The notes under the pieces: generated by a model
Told to the model about the DNA's origin: nothing
What the model saw: only the letters and a program-made list of their open reading frames with translations
The model's database searches: none
Shown: piece by piece, positions 1-12,904 of the stretch
How positions within the stretch are numbered: position 1 is the first letter of the stretch
Layout: every line of letters begins with the position of its first letter
Position numbers and translations under genes: made by a program
Source: Takakia lepidozioides
Lineage: Eukaryota; Plantae; Bryophyta
NCBI GenBank assembly: GCA_030704615.1
Contig: CM060732.1
Coordinates: forward strand, 65,720,001-65,784,000
Direction: 5' to 3'
DNA length: 64,000 bases

Positions 1-2124
1 CAGAGGGACATGATGGCGTGATTTATTCGGTTGAACAGATTTGGTGCTGATTTGGTGAAGTCGTGAATAGGGCACTAATTGCCAAGAAGGGTGATCTCAC
101 AAAGGATGGAAACAACAAACAAGCTGGGTGGATGGAAAAACGGGTCCCAATTCGAACGTTTGATCACGAAGAGCGTGGCGGGCTATAACTTAAGTGTGGT
201 GGCGCAGCAGCGATGATCCAAGATCATATGCATGATAATATATGAAGCTCATCAAAGCTCTCAGCAGTGTGGCCGTAAACTTGCTGCATGTACCCTTGTA
301 TCCGGATCGATTACCTTTGGCGGCATAACAAGCGCACTGCTCAGATTATCTCAAGATTGTCTCATCTAAGTAAGCGTATGCTTGTTAATGAGCTGTTTCG
401 ATTGTTAGATCTAAACCAGGTTGATGAGGCGCTTTTGTAACTTGGGTAGACAAGGATGTTAATGGACCCTGACTGGGCAGTTGGTTGTTCACGAGGATAT
501 TTTCCAGCCGACTTTGTTGTAAGTGTTTGGGTGTTTACCAGCATCTCGCAATTGTTCGCGCACACGCACTGAATGCTCTACCGTCTCATAATTGAAGTTC
601 TTAAATTCGTCTGTCGATTCGCAATCTCTCTAGAAGGTTAATGGGAAGCCCAGATTGTGTAAGTACTAAGTACCCTCTCCCATAATGCACTGCATGGGGA
701 TGCTGATAAGCTCAGCGAAAAAAAACAAACAAACCAAAAAAAACCTCTTTCTCAGTTGCATGCTTTGTCAAGCTCCTCAATCCTGTTTTCAGCTCGTTTT
801 CAAAGGCCTCTATTTTTCTCTTCTTACTTTCTGAGTCTCTGAGTGTGTGTATACCTATCAATTGGTGAGTACTGTGTGAGACTTACTACCTCATTATACT
901 TACTCTTCTTGTGTCAATGCTTTCTGTAGCATGGATGTTGTCATCTAAGATTCTTGTACAATTCTCACAATAGCTACGATCTCCCGTCTCACTCTCTTGA
1001 AGTAGCGAGCTACGTTATAAACCTCGGATCTCCACCATTTAATACTACGGTACCGAATAATTATCATCGACACATCGGTAACAAAAGTCAGGCAGTTTTA
1101 AAAGCCGTCAGAACTAGAAGCATCAACTGTCCAGCTCTATTGTCACTACCTGCAAGTCCCCGTCTCTTCTTCTCTTCAGCTTGTTGTATCTCACAGCAGG
1201 TTTCTCTACGGCACGTTGCTCACTGCATTGCTCAGATCACGTTCACGAGTAGATTTACACTGTTCACAGAAGCATTCTGCCACAGGGGCCATTGTCAAGC
1301 TGCACTTCCATATCGTACGATACGCGTATCATCTGAATGAAATGTGAAACCGTTAGATTCAGAAAGCCTGAAAGGCTCACAGCAGCATGGGCCATTCTAC
1401 CGTACAAGTTATTCCTGACGTACGTCAAGCCGTTTGACGAGGCCAACACTCGTTCCAGGGACTCTTCGGAGGACAATGACATCCAATTTTTATCAGTATC
1501 ATGTGTACAACCTCAACTTGCCGCAGGCTTTTACCTTCCGAAATTATGAAACAGACCACAGACAGTAGCCAGTTCATAGAACATTTGGTCTTGGAGAATT
1601 AGCTTAGTCCGGCACATTGAATAATAAGATGCATTTGCACATTTGAGCACTCTAGTGCTTTATAACCTGAGAAAATACTAAAGTAAGATTGTGTATGGCG
1701 TCATCATCATGTGCGATTTGGATGTTTGAAAGTAGAGAACTCGGAGGGCTTCGTAATAAATGCGACTGATTCTCCACTGGACACAACAAATCCTAAGTGG
1801 ATCAAGTTCAACATGTCAACTGTAAGGTGCGCAGCCACAACGAATATTGGCTCTGGACAAATCTTAGAATGTAGGTAAAATTAAGCGGCAAACATGTGAA
1901 TGGAAGGAATCATTCATGAACATGGAAATATGAGTTCTGCTTTCAATCTTTGCACCTGAGGAAATAGTCTACAGGACAAGAGAGAGGGAACTCTATACCA
2001 TGGAGGAGATCACAATGTTTAAAACCACTCCCTTGGTGCACTCTGGACAAGCGATTCTCATCCTTCTTTTAATTGTTGGACGATCGACTGTTGTTGTTGA
2101 TGGCAACCAATCCAACGACGCAAC

Positions 2125-2230
2125 GCGCAAGCGTGGCACGCCAGCTGACGTGGCGTGAGCGTCATGTCAGCATGCTGATGTGGCGGTAAATGATGACGTG
2201 GCACTGTCCGTCATCTGCCACGTCAGCATT
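2125..2230. promoter_or_regulatory. Cluster of G-box/ABRE-like motifs (TGACGTGGC / GCCACGTCAGC) in inverted arrangement, probably internal to a MITE
   Basis: GCTGACGTGGC at ~2144, GATGACGTGGC at ~2192, reverse-complement GCCACGTCAGC at ~2217, plus degenerate copies; no linked gene identified. Confidence 0.35.
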
Positions 2231-3036
2231 AACATGTGCCGCCTATAACCGAGGATGGTCCTACGACCGTGGAATTAATGCAGGGAATTTGCCTAAATAG
2301 ATCAAGACGAGCGTTGAGGCCTACAATTGCAGCATCCAACATTGTGCAATTACAAATGCTTGTTTCACTTTTACAATTACGAGGACGAAAAAATATCCTC
2401 ACAAAGTGTGCGCCATAAAGGCTGCCACGAGAAGACCTTCCTCCCTCCTCAAATAACAATGAGAGTTAGGATCATCTTCAAAAGATGATTGTAGTGCATA
2501 ACGACAGCAAGACATGTAGACTTCGAACGGTGCAATGACAAATGTGCACTACCTAAAATTGTCACTCAGAGCTCACTCCGTATAGTTGGAGGCCATATCA
2601 TTGCACCGCCGACGAATTGATGTGAATTACACATTTCAAATCATGGTCGTCCACATACCACATTGCATAGTTGATGCTACCCATGTGTTTGACACCTGAA
2701 CCGCCTTATCTTCACGAGAGCGGCAGTCGCGTAGCTCATCTCTCTCGAGTTGAGCCTGCGCGACCGAGCTCCTTCATGCGTTTAGATCTGAGTGTGCTTA
2801 TGATGGGAGTGTAGGTTGTTGTGGGGTGGAGTCCCCATAGCGTGGGGTGCCCCTGGCTCGACTTCTATTTTAAAGAGTGATAGCGATGGATTTCATATTT
2901 CTTGTGTTGAGAGTGTGTCCTTTTTAGCTTGTTTATCACTCGAGAGAGATCAGCGTTATCTAGTGTGCTGGTGCTAAGCTAGATACAATGTTTGTTTTAG
3001 CATTATTATAATATATATCTTGGGGCGGGAGTCCAT

Positions 3037-3156
3037 CTGGCATCCCTGGTTGTGGTGGCTTCCTCTGGTGGAGGTGCTGCTGCTGCACCTGCCGGAGAAA
3101 AGGAGGAAGCGAAGGAGGAGTCTGATGATGACATGGGTTTCAGTCTTTTCGACTAA
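3037..3156 (+). pseudogene. C-terminal fragment of a 60S acidic ribosomal P protein (P2-like)
   Basis: Translates as [39 protein letters not shown], the conserved P-protein C-terminus; no N-terminal coding part is recognisable upstream. Confidence 0.85.
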
Positions 3157-4746
3157 GCTCGGGATGTAGTGTTGCAGCGCATCCGATGGTCTTTCGCAGT
3201 CGACAGTAGGTCGAGCCACAGCCGAATGGAAATGAGGTTGTTGGTAAACCCAATTGGAGAAGGTGCAGTTGATGTTATCTCAACTGCAAGTGGCTGCTGA
3301 GCATTACTTAACAGCCATTTTATACCTGCACTGGTGCTGGTAGAGGCTAGGAAGAAGGAGTGAGCTGGAAGATTCCCGCCCTTCTTCAAGCATGCTAGGC
3401 TCAGGGTGGAAGGTTCAACCTACGGCGGGCTGCTGAGAGCTAGGAGGTCTGCCACCTATCAGCCTCTGCTCTAGCCTCTCCTCTGCTCTGCTCTGCCTAT
3501 TCTTTGTGAGTTGGATTGTTCCACCGAAGGTAAAGCGCTAGCTGGGATTTGGTGACCAGCGATATTCCGCTAGCATGAGTGGGACTGGCTTCCTTTCCAT
3601 GAAATATTAGGTCTCTCCGGCTTGGGTTAGTTCCGATTTGCAGGGCAGCAAGTCTGCATTGTTTGTTGTCTCTCGCAATGGCCATTTGCTGCAGGTTGGA
3701 AGTTCAAGGTCAGGCCCTCAGGTTCCCTTTTCGGGCCAATCTTTGCTGACATTCCAGAAAATCCATACTATGCTATCAGGGTTTTCTGCTTAGCAACAGG
3801 CTAGGTGAACCCTTCTCTTGTGAACCGCCTATACACCAACCCCTTCCTGCATTGGTTCCTTCAGGCACCAGTTACCTTCGTCAATTTGATTCGGGGAGTG
3901 GGTGTGGAAAGAAAACACACAGCCCGTTTTTCAAGTACACTGTCAAATTGGACTATAGCGCCACTATGAAGGAGTAGTTGTGGGCTGGTTGATGTGAGGT
4001 TGTCTAGCTGCACATTGCGAGGAATCAAGCTTTCTTATCTTAGCAAATGGATGGACAGGGTCAGGCTAGATTTTCTAGCAAGTGCGTAAGCTGCTGTCCA
4101 GCAAGGAAAGCTGATCAGCAGTAGAAGCATGAGATGCGGCGTGTGTGACTTGAGATAGATGTACACAGGGAAGGACCAGCCGCGTAGCCTGCTTGCGATC
4201 AGGTCTTACATCAGGTCTAGGCGACAGTGGCGGCATTAATGTTTGTGAGACGGGGTGATCTCATATATTAACATTGCAGCCTAGTGAAGGAAGACCAGGT
4301 GAGGCTCTACATACATGACCAGCGGTGCTTTGATCCGAGTTGCAGTTAGAAATTGTGAGACAAAAAGGAAAAAAAAAAAACATTGTAGTACATTTGGCAT
4401 TTTGGCCACCAGCAGGTGCAGGTCCATTATATCACTTGGTCCTTGAAGTGGTACACCAGGCCGAGCTTCTCCTTTTTGATTTTGCGTTCAGTTGGAGCCC
4501 GCTATCAGTTCTCAAGATGGGGCAGCTTCATCCCATCGCCTTGGTTCTGTGCATGTCCCTGGTCATGGGATGTAATAACCACCCTAAGCCAGTTTAGAGT
4601 GGTGTTTGAGGTCCTGGAGAGCTTGAGCGTTTACAGCACCAGCGTATACTGTAACCCTCACTGCTATGGCGATCTTCAGGCTGCTCTTGGGGTATATCCC
4701 AATGGTCGATGAAGGTATTAGCACCACCTTGGAAATCACAAATTGA

Positions 4747-5246
4747 NNNNNNNNNNNNNNNNNNNNNNNNNNNNNNNNNNNNNNNNNNNNNNNNNNNNNN
4801 NNNNNNNNNNNNNNNNNNNNNNNNNNNNNNNNNNNNNNNNNNNNNNNNNNNNNNNNNNNNNNNNNNNNNNNNNNNNNNNNNNNNNNNNNNNNNNNNNNNN
4901 NNNNNNNNNNNNNNNNNNNNNNNNNNNNNNNNNNNNNNNNNNNNNNNNNNNNNNNNNNNNNNNNNNNNNNNNNNNNNNNNNNNNNNNNNNNNNNNNNNNN
5001 NNNNNNNNNNNNNNNNNNNNNNNNNNNNNNNNNNNNNNNNNNNNNNNNNNNNNNNNNNNNNNNNNNNNNNNNNNNNNNNNNNNNNNNNNNNNNNNNNNNN
5101 NNNNNNNNNNNNNNNNNNNNNNNNNNNNNNNNNNNNNNNNNNNNNNNNNNNNNNNNNNNNNNNNNNNNNNNNNNNNNNNNNNNNNNNNNNNNNNNNNNNN
5201 NNNNNNNNNNNNNNNNNNNNNNNNNNNNNNNNNNNNNNNNNNNNNN
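4747..5246. other. Assembly gap (500 N)
   Basis: Run of N. Confidence 1.
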
Positions 5247-6270
5247 GGCTACTGCCCCTTTCAGGGGTGGGCCCTATAACAAAAAAGTGTCTAGGGGGAC
5301 ACCAAGTGACTGCTAAGAATAGAGGGGGTGAGGGTATCCCTAGGTACCCAAGAATATCCTGGGAAGTGCCAAATTCCAGTTGGCGTTTGTTGGTGATAAT
5401 AGTTGTGAGTGAACGGAGTGCCATGAGATGGATTTCTTTGAAACATTTGTGGATGGGAAGAATGGGAATTTGGAAGTTATCGTGTATGTCCATGATACTA
5501 GCGTTATGAATGCCACCTCGAGTGCCGGCTGTGATGACAGCTAACGGGCCGGTTTTCCAGCCACGCATTCGGAGTGCAAAGATAAGCGGGGCATATTTTT
5601 GACGTTTTTCTAAGATTTGAATCGTTTGGATAACGATCATGGCAAAATGTACCTATCAACACTTTACCCCCCACGGTAGACCTTGGTCGAGGAGTATGTC
5701 CGGGCAAAGTCGAGCGGGGCATAAGCATGGTGATTGGGTACATATGCATGGTAGTAGTCACGGTGGTACTGTGTGGTCGGGTGGCCGTCCCTGGTAGGTG
5801 CCTGCATTCATGAGCAAGAACCAACGGGTTTCAATATGTTTTAGAAAGAGCTTGTGGAGGTGCCAGACTGCCTGGTTATGACGCGTGATATGCAAGCCAT
5901 GTATAACTGGGTGTGTACATTGGCTGAGGAGATGTGGCCAAGTGTCACGAGCTTGGTAGGTGGTTGCACATAACGGGCAGTATGGGGATGGGAATAGATG
6001 TGGCCAGAAGATGTGTTTGCGCTGGTGGCCCATGTATTGGGCATATCGGAATTTGAGTGTTTGTCGGATTTGTGCATCGGTGGTGGCTTTGGTTAGCCAG
6101 AAATGATTAGAGAGTTTATGGTGCAGTACATTGGATTGAGTCCATTTTTGGATGTGTACTTTGGTATGGATGATGGAGGCTGCCGCTTGTTATTTGCTTC
6201 TCTGGTCAGAGTGGTCAGGAGGTTTCGGACTGGTCTAAATGCAGGGGGGTCCGAATTTTGTAGAAAAAAA
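5247..6270 (-). mobile_element. 3' part of a Dualen/RandI-like non-LTR retrotransposon (CCHC knuckle + restriction-like endonuclease), degenerate
   Basis: CPLCATT..RDTWPHLLSQC..ITRHNQAV..PD and TFCHD..KRQKYAPL motifs; homologous to 44200-45486, including 3' UTR hairpins. Confidence 0.75.
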
Positions 6271-6274
6271 ATGA

Positions 6275-6440
6275 TTAGACTTGGATGACTTAGATGACAT
6301 TGGATACTTGGGCCAATGGCATAGGCTACCCTGGAGGTCACACTTGGGCCTAGACATAGGAGGCGCATTTGAATGCATAGGAGATTGCACTTGGGCGTAG
6401 ATGACCCTAGACACTTCGGCCAACAGCACAGGCTACCTGT
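6275..6440 (+). mobile_element. Fragment of non-autonomous Helitron family (~110-bp 3' unit)
   Basis: Reverse complement of the unit repeated at 7948-9400 and 11555-11880. Confidence 0.65.
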
Positions 6441-7199
6441 TTTGTTTTGTTGGCTTCTTCGTTAAGGGAGGGAGAGACCACACATAGATGTTTTTCTCCT
6501 GATGTACCTTCACCACTTAATACCTACCTATCAAGACAATACCTTCCCAATAAATAACCATTTGTAATAGACTATAGACTTTTCATCCATGCATTGTTAT
6601 CCATCCATCTATCCAAGCCCTTGCGAAGGAGGAAAGTTTAACCTCCTATTCATATATCACGAGAGGAAACTCACCCCTAGACCGACATGTCACGAAACAA
6701 ATCATACACACAAGCCATAGCAGGAATTGAACCCCGAATCTGCACTTATCAAAGAGCTGAGAGACATTTAGGTTTAGGAAAGCAGAGAACCGGTGGCTGT
6801 GCATTGTTTCTTTTCGAGGGGTGCTCTACGCGATTTTGAGCTTATCCGCGGGCTCCAAGGCGACCAGATTGCGAGCACAAGAGTGAGGCACTGTGGAGTA
6901 ATAGCTACAAGAAAACTGCAACGTTAGATGGCAATTGGAAGCAACAGCAGCACAGTTGATAAAATTAGGCACTTCCACCATGGGTACCACTTCCGAACAA
7001 GGAGCAAGAGAGGGAGTCTACAAGATCTCTGGCACTTACTGGCATGTTCGGAAAGTATGTGAGGGAAGAAAACGATCTGTTGTTGCCCTGAATGGTGAAT
7101 AGAAGAAATTTCAGTTCAGTACTTCCTAAGTATTGGAGCTCTGTGGATTTTCTTAGCATAGCAATGGCACTCAACAATGGTTGTCTATACGGGCTTTCC

Positions 7200-7445
7200 G
7201 TTCATGCCATTGTCCTCCAAAAAAGCTAGAGAGTGACGTTCTTCAGGGCCATCAGGTACATAGTTGCTGCACCTCTGTTCGCCAAATTTCAATATCTTGA
7301 GGCTGAACATAAAGTCTGGGTCCTGCTGGGGTCTAATTGCTAGGTAGCTCGCACACAGCAGATTGATGTTTGTGTGAAGAGCTTGCTGAAGGAAATCTGG
7401 AAAACCTGAACTAATTGTTTATATGAAGTAAGTCCCATAGTGGAC
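7200..7445 (+). mobile_element. Degenerate 3' fragment of the (CT)n-tailed LINE family
   Basis: Nucleotide similarity to 58450-58670 (ctctgttc..aa.tttcaatatct..aggctga; attgatg.ttgtgtgaag; atctggaaa.cctgaactaat; gtaagtcc). Confidence 0.65.
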
Positions 7446-7449
7446 CCTT

Positions 7450-7805
7450 AGGCTTAGATGACAGTGAGAGATCTCAAGAGAAAGGTCTCTGGTTCAAATC
7501 TGGTCGTAGGCTCTGTGGAAAAAAAAAGATGCACTATATTGATGCTTTAAATATTGATGCACTTGGACTTAGATGACATTGGACACTTGGGCCCACGACA
7601 CGTGCTACCCTAGAGGTCTCATTTGAGCCTCCACATAGGAGATGCACTTGGACTTAGTATCGACACTGGACACTTGGGCCAACGACAGAGGCTACCCTGG
7701 AGGTCACTCGGGCCTAGACATAGGAGACGCACTTGAATGCATAGGAGATTGCATTTGGGCTTACATGACCCTGGACACTTGGGCCAACGGCACATGCTAT
7801 CCTAG
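7450..7805 (+). mobile_element. Non-autonomous Helitron copy (3' region)
   Basis: Reiterated ~110-bp units ending GGCCAACGGCACA hairpin ... CTAG|T at 7802-7806. Confidence 0.7.
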
Positions 7806-7947
7806 TAGCATATTATTTAATATATATATATATTATTTTAATAACGTATCACCTGCCTTTTTGGCAATGAGGGGAAAAAAAAATGGCATTGTGGGCTTGA
7901 GTAGAACACATAAAGAACATGAGGAACCTGTGATCACTTGGGACATA

Positions 7948-8301
7948 CTAGGGTAGCATGTGCCGTTGGCCCAAGTGTCCAATGTCATCTAAGTCATCTA
8001 AGTCTAATCCATTTTTTCCACAAAGCCTACGACCAGATTTGAACCGGAGACCTTTCCCTTGATTTCTCTCCTGTCGAGGCTCCAATCATTGTCCCAGGAA
8101 TGCCCACTTTGCTATTTTCACGAATTTTCGACGACCGAAAGTACTTAAAATTTGACATCTCCCACACCGCAGGTTCAGAAATCATGAGACAAAGCCCGTG
8201 CACCCCTCCTCACCGAGGGCTTTCCAATGGTACCAAGCACCACGGCTGGGCCCTCAACGTGACAAAACAAAACAAAACAAACGTCTCGCTTTATATATTG
8301 A
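7948..8301 (-). mobile_element. Short complete non-autonomous Helitron
   Basis: On the minus strand: 5' TC (8301-8300), (TTTTG)n tract, subterminal GCC-AAC-GGC hairpin, 3' CTAG (7951-7948) followed by T; no TSD. Confidence 0.75.
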
Positions 8302-10410
8302 CTAGGGTAGCCTGTGCCATTGGCCCTACAAGTGTCCAGTGTCATCTAAGTCCAAGTGCAATCCCCTATATAAGCAAGTGTGTCTCCTATGTCGAGGCCC
8401 AAGTGCAACCTCTAGAGTAGCATGTGCCGTTGGCCCAAGTGTCCAGTCTCATCTAAGCCCAGTGTGCAATTTCCTATGTATCCAAGGGCGTCTCCCACGT
8501 GTGTCTCCTATGTCGAGGCCCATCTAAGCCCAATGTGCAATCTCCTATGTATCCAAGTACGTCTCCCATGTCTAGGCCCCATTTATTTGTTTTCATGAAT
8601 TTATTGAGTAGTAATATATCCAATCATTATTGATATAAATCCCGTCTCTAGGGTAGCCTGTGCCATTGGCCCAAGTGTCAAAATGCATTTTTTCCACATA
8701 GCCTACGACCAGATTTGAACCTGTCATGGTTTTAGTCATGGTTAACTAGAATTACCTATTTCTAGTTAACTAGGACATTTTGGATATTTATATGTGCATT
8801 TTATGTGTTGGGACTTCATTCGTCTCCTATGACCTCTAAGGTAGCCTGTGCCGTTGGCCCAAGTGTCCAACTTGTCATCTAAGTCCAAGTGCAATCCCTA
8901 TGTATCCAAGTGCGTCTCCTATGTCGAGGCCCAAGTGCGACCTCTAGGGTAGTTTCTGCCTTTGGCCCAAGGGTCCAATGTCATCTACGTCCAAATGCAT
9001 TTTTTTTCCACAGAGCATACGACCAGATTTGAACTGGAGACCTTCCCCTTGATATCTCTCATGTCGAGGCTCCAACCATTGTCCCACGAATTCCCACTTT
9101 GCTATTTTTCGGGAATTTCCAGCAACCCAAAGTACTTGAAATTCCACATCTCCCACACCGCAAGTCCAAAAATCATGAGACCAAGCCCGTGCACCCCTCC
9201 TCGTCGAGAGCTTTCCAACGGTACCAAGCACCAGGGTTGCAATCCCCTATGTATCCAAGAGCGTCTCCTATGTCAAGGCCCAAGTGCGACCTCTAGGGTA
9301 GCATGTGCCGTTGGCCCAAGTGTCCAGTGTCATCTAAGCCTAAGTGAAAGATCTCCTATGTATCCTAGTGCGTCTCCTATGTCAAGGCCCTACGACCAGA
9401 TTTGAACCGGAGACCTTTCCCTTGATATCTCTCCTCTCAAGGTTCCAACCATTGTACCAGGAATGCCTACTTTGCTATATTTCGGGAATTTCCAGTGACC
9501 CAAAGTACTTGAAATTCCACATCTCCGACACCGCAGGTCCAAAAATCATGAGACCAAGCCCGTGCACCCCTCCTCGTCGAGGGCTTTCCAATGGTACCAA
9601 GCAGTGTTGGGCGGGTATATATGTTGACATATATACCCGGCCGGGTAATAATCAGGGTATCATACTATTAAGACCCGCCACCCAAATTTTTGGTGGACCC
9701 TGCTGGAGTTAGAACCGGCGAGGGCCATCTCGCCACTTACCCGGCCCAAGCTGGAATCGGCGGGGCCAACTTGGCTTATTACATGGAACCGGACTTGAAC
9801 CTTGAAAATCAGCTGGGTAATAACTTTTGAGCAAGACCTTGAGATTTCAATACAACCTGGCTGCATTCATGGGTAATAATTATGTAGCCACACATGGGGT
9901 CTGCATGGGAGGACATTAGTCAAAGGCTTTTGGAAGAAAAACCAACATATGGAGTTGTAGCACTCCTATCTCTTTTTCTTTTTCTTTTCTTTTTTTCCCT
10001 TTTCTGAACCAATTCTGGTCCTCTTAATTGTGATTCTTCATATTTCAATTTTTTTCCTTTTTGTTTTTGTCTTTCTTTCCGATCCTCAAAAATCTTAATG
10101 TATCATAACTGAAAATCAGGTTATATTGATAACCGTTGTATGGGACCAGTGGTTTTCCACTTGGATAATGACATATTGATAATCTATAACTGTTTTTGGG
10201 GGACACTTCTATTGATAACCTCTAACCGCCACAATTTCCAAACCCCTACATTAATAACTGCCTCCATACCGGTTTAAACAAAGATGCCTTACCTGGACCT
10301 TCAATATGCCCAAATTGTCATACCCACCCAACACTGGTACCAAGCACCAGGGCTAGGGCCTCGCGGTTTGGGACATCTCAAATCTACAAAACAAAACAAA
10401 ACAAACAAAA
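8302..10410 (-). mobile_element. Composite non-autonomous Helitron with reiterated 3' units, interrupted by a hAT MITE
   Basis: Its 3' CTAG abuts the 5' TC of the neighbouring copy; multiple ~110-bp units and two copies of the ~300-bp module; sequence resumes after the MITE TSD at 10337. Confidence 0.7.
9602..10336. mobile_element. hAT-type MITE
   Basis: TIRs CAGTGTTGGGCGGGTAT / ATACCCACCCAACACTG; perfect 8-bp TSD GTACCAAG (9594-9601, 10337-10344). Confidence 0.92.
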
Positions 10411-11415
10411 CAAGCGGCTAGTCGCGTACTTGCTCCACCCTAATTCCAAAACTGGAAAGCTAGCGCTGAAGGTCCCAACTTATTGATTTTATTGATTTTT
10501 TTTAAAAATAAATTAAAACGTACCATCAGAACTGACATGAGGATAACTATTGATTATGATTATATATTTTTTTTTAAATGAGTTTTGAGATCATTTAAAA
10601 ACATTTTGTGTTTACACTTTACTCCTTGACAGAAAATAACAATAATAAATTAAATACAATGAACAAATGCAAAATTATAAAATTGAATGTGATGGGATTG
10701 GAATTGAATAGAACTGAATGTAATGGAATTCCATGTGATAATACTCAAAGGAAGTGAATATAATGGAAGGCATTGTCATAAAATTGAGAGAAACTGAATA
10801 TGAGAGAGCTGAAGGGATAAAATTAAATTTGCGGGGAACTGAATATGATGAACTGAATATGTACGGAAAAGCTCGGGAGCTCCTGGCATAAGCTGAATCA
10901 GTCAGACATGTCGAGTTTTCTTCTGAATTCTGATGAGGCAGCCAACCCTCCATCTTCACACCAGTTTGGAGAGAAATAAGAATCCATTGCCAACGCCACC
11001 GAACACCATCTCTTGCTAAAGCAATCAAACGGTTACTCTAACTTCCCTTCACCTCTGCACAAATATTGGTTCTCTAATGTCCTACAAAATGCCATGAGGA
11101 TAAGCACCTAGATTCTTGGAGCAATGCCATTTGTTCTGAGAAATAGTTTCAGTTCCTGCATGGTACCTGGCACATCCTTTCATCTTCCATAGAAAGAAGA
11201 AATTTCAGCCTCTGCAAATTTCTCCCTTTCCACAACACTTACAATATTTCAAGCCACTGGACTGACTAAAGAGATTAAAAGAAGAACAAACCCAAACCCT
11301 AGCAAAAGTGTCATGTTCAAGCAGTGTTCAACAGGTGAAGCCCTGGTAGAAAGGGAAGAGGAGATTTTCAAGTACCTGAAGGAGGAACTGACGAATTGAC
11401 CCTGTTAAGATGAAC

Positions 11416-11550
11416 CTAACTTGGAAGCCGACGTTTATAAGGCCATGTTGGAATCGTGGAGAATGTCCGAACAAAAGTTAGGTATAAAACCCTGAACTCG
11501 TTTCCAGTTTGTGACATGGGTGAGGGAAGGGCAGTCTTGGTACTACTGAT
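11416..11550 (+). mobile_element. Small fragment of the (CT)n-tailed LINE family
   Basis: Shares ccctgaactcgtttccagtttgtgacatgggtgagg with 58228-58263. Confidence 0.7.
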
Positions 11551-11554
11551 ATTT

Positions 11555-12212
11555 AAGTCCAGCCCAAGTGTAAGATCTTTTATGTATCCGATTGCGTCCT
11601 CTATGTCGAGGCCCAAGTGCGACCTCTAGGGTAGTATGTGTCGTTGGCCCAAGTGTCCAATGTCATATAAGTCCAAGTGCGATCCCCTATCGTAATCAAT
11701 TTTTTTTTTTCAGAGAGCCTAGGATAGCCTGTGCCGTTGGCCCAAGTGTCAAGCGTCACCTAAGTCCAAGTGCAATCCCCTGTGTATCAAAGTGCGTCTG
11801 AGCCTATGTCGAGGCCCAAATGCAACCTCTAGGGTAGCCTGTGCCGTTGGCCCAAGTGACCAATGTCACCCAAGTCCAAATGCATTTTTTTCCCACACAG
11901 CCTCCAACCAGATTTGAACCGGAGACCTTCCCTTGATATCTCTCCCGTCGAGGCTCCAACCATTGTCCCAAGAATGCCCACTTTGCCATTTTTGATATTT
12001 TTTGTGAATTTCCAATGACCAAAAGTACTTGGAATTCCGTATCTCCCACACCGCAGGTCCAAAAATCGTGAGACCAAGCCGGTGCACCCCTCTTCGTCGA
12101 GGGCTTTCCAACGGTACCAAACACCAGCGCCGGGGCCTCCCCGTTTGGGACATCTCAAGGCTACAAAACAAACAAACAAACAAACAAACAAACGTCTCGA
12201 TTCATATATTGA
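11555..12212 (-). mobile_element. Non-autonomous Helitron copy
   Basis: Same units and module as 7948-8301; minus-strand 5' end A|TCAATATATGAA at 12212. Confidence 0.72.
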
Positions 12213-12904
12213 TAATAAATAGTACATATATTTTAGTATTTCTATTTTTATTTTAATGAGTTTTTTTTTTGCTCTTAAAAATAGAGACTATTGGTATATA
12301 GGTGAAAGACTGATATGTGCATGGTATATGCACTGCTATTAACCCCTAAACGACGAGGCGACCCAAATTGGGTTGCCCCAATTTTTCATCCATCTGCAAC
12401 TTCCACGGATGAAGTCGGATGAAGTCGCGGGTTGAACATAAAATGTAGTGCCTAAAATCATGCACACGGTGGTCTTTATGGCGCCCCCATAAAAAAAAAT
12501 CTCCGCTGTCATGAAGTTTTTGAAGTTTGGGAAGTGCAAAATTTTGGGTGGAGGGGGGGGGGGCAAGCCGGTTGACCGTTGACGTGGCAAGCCCGTGCGG
12601 CCACACTGGGATTTTGCGGGGGGCGGGGCGGGGCGGGGTGGTTTGCTTGTGAGGCCCTGCCAAAAACGCCAAGAAACTCCGGGACGGTTCCAATGAGGTG
12701 GCCTTGGCAAATATTGGGAAACGTCGCCAGATTCAGGCGAAAATCCGGCGAGCAATTGCCTGACCTGGATGAGGCCGAAAATTTCACAAAATCTAACATC
12801 CCAAACGGAATTTTGGTAATTTTGGGGAAATTCTTGGGCAAGCTTGTGTAGTTCTTGGCCTATCAGGGACTAGTCGGATTCCACTATTTAGTTTGGGAGA
12901 TTAT

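Noticed and set aside
1-2100. Host gene or 5' UTR with an intron near 780-900
   Set aside because: A CT-rich tract and a GGTGAG donor-like site are present, but no supportable coding exons follow
4594-5640. Long ORFs spanning 4594-5640
   Set aside because: Artefacts of translation through the 500-N gap
7948-9400. Regular ~110-bp repeats as a CRISPR array
   Set aside because: No unique spacers, eukaryotic context and no cas genes; the units are Helitron 3' ends
8100-12256. Short ORFs in the Helitron repeats (e.g. 8962-9405, 11829-12227)
   Set aside because: Frames are not conserved between copies and no recognisable domains are present
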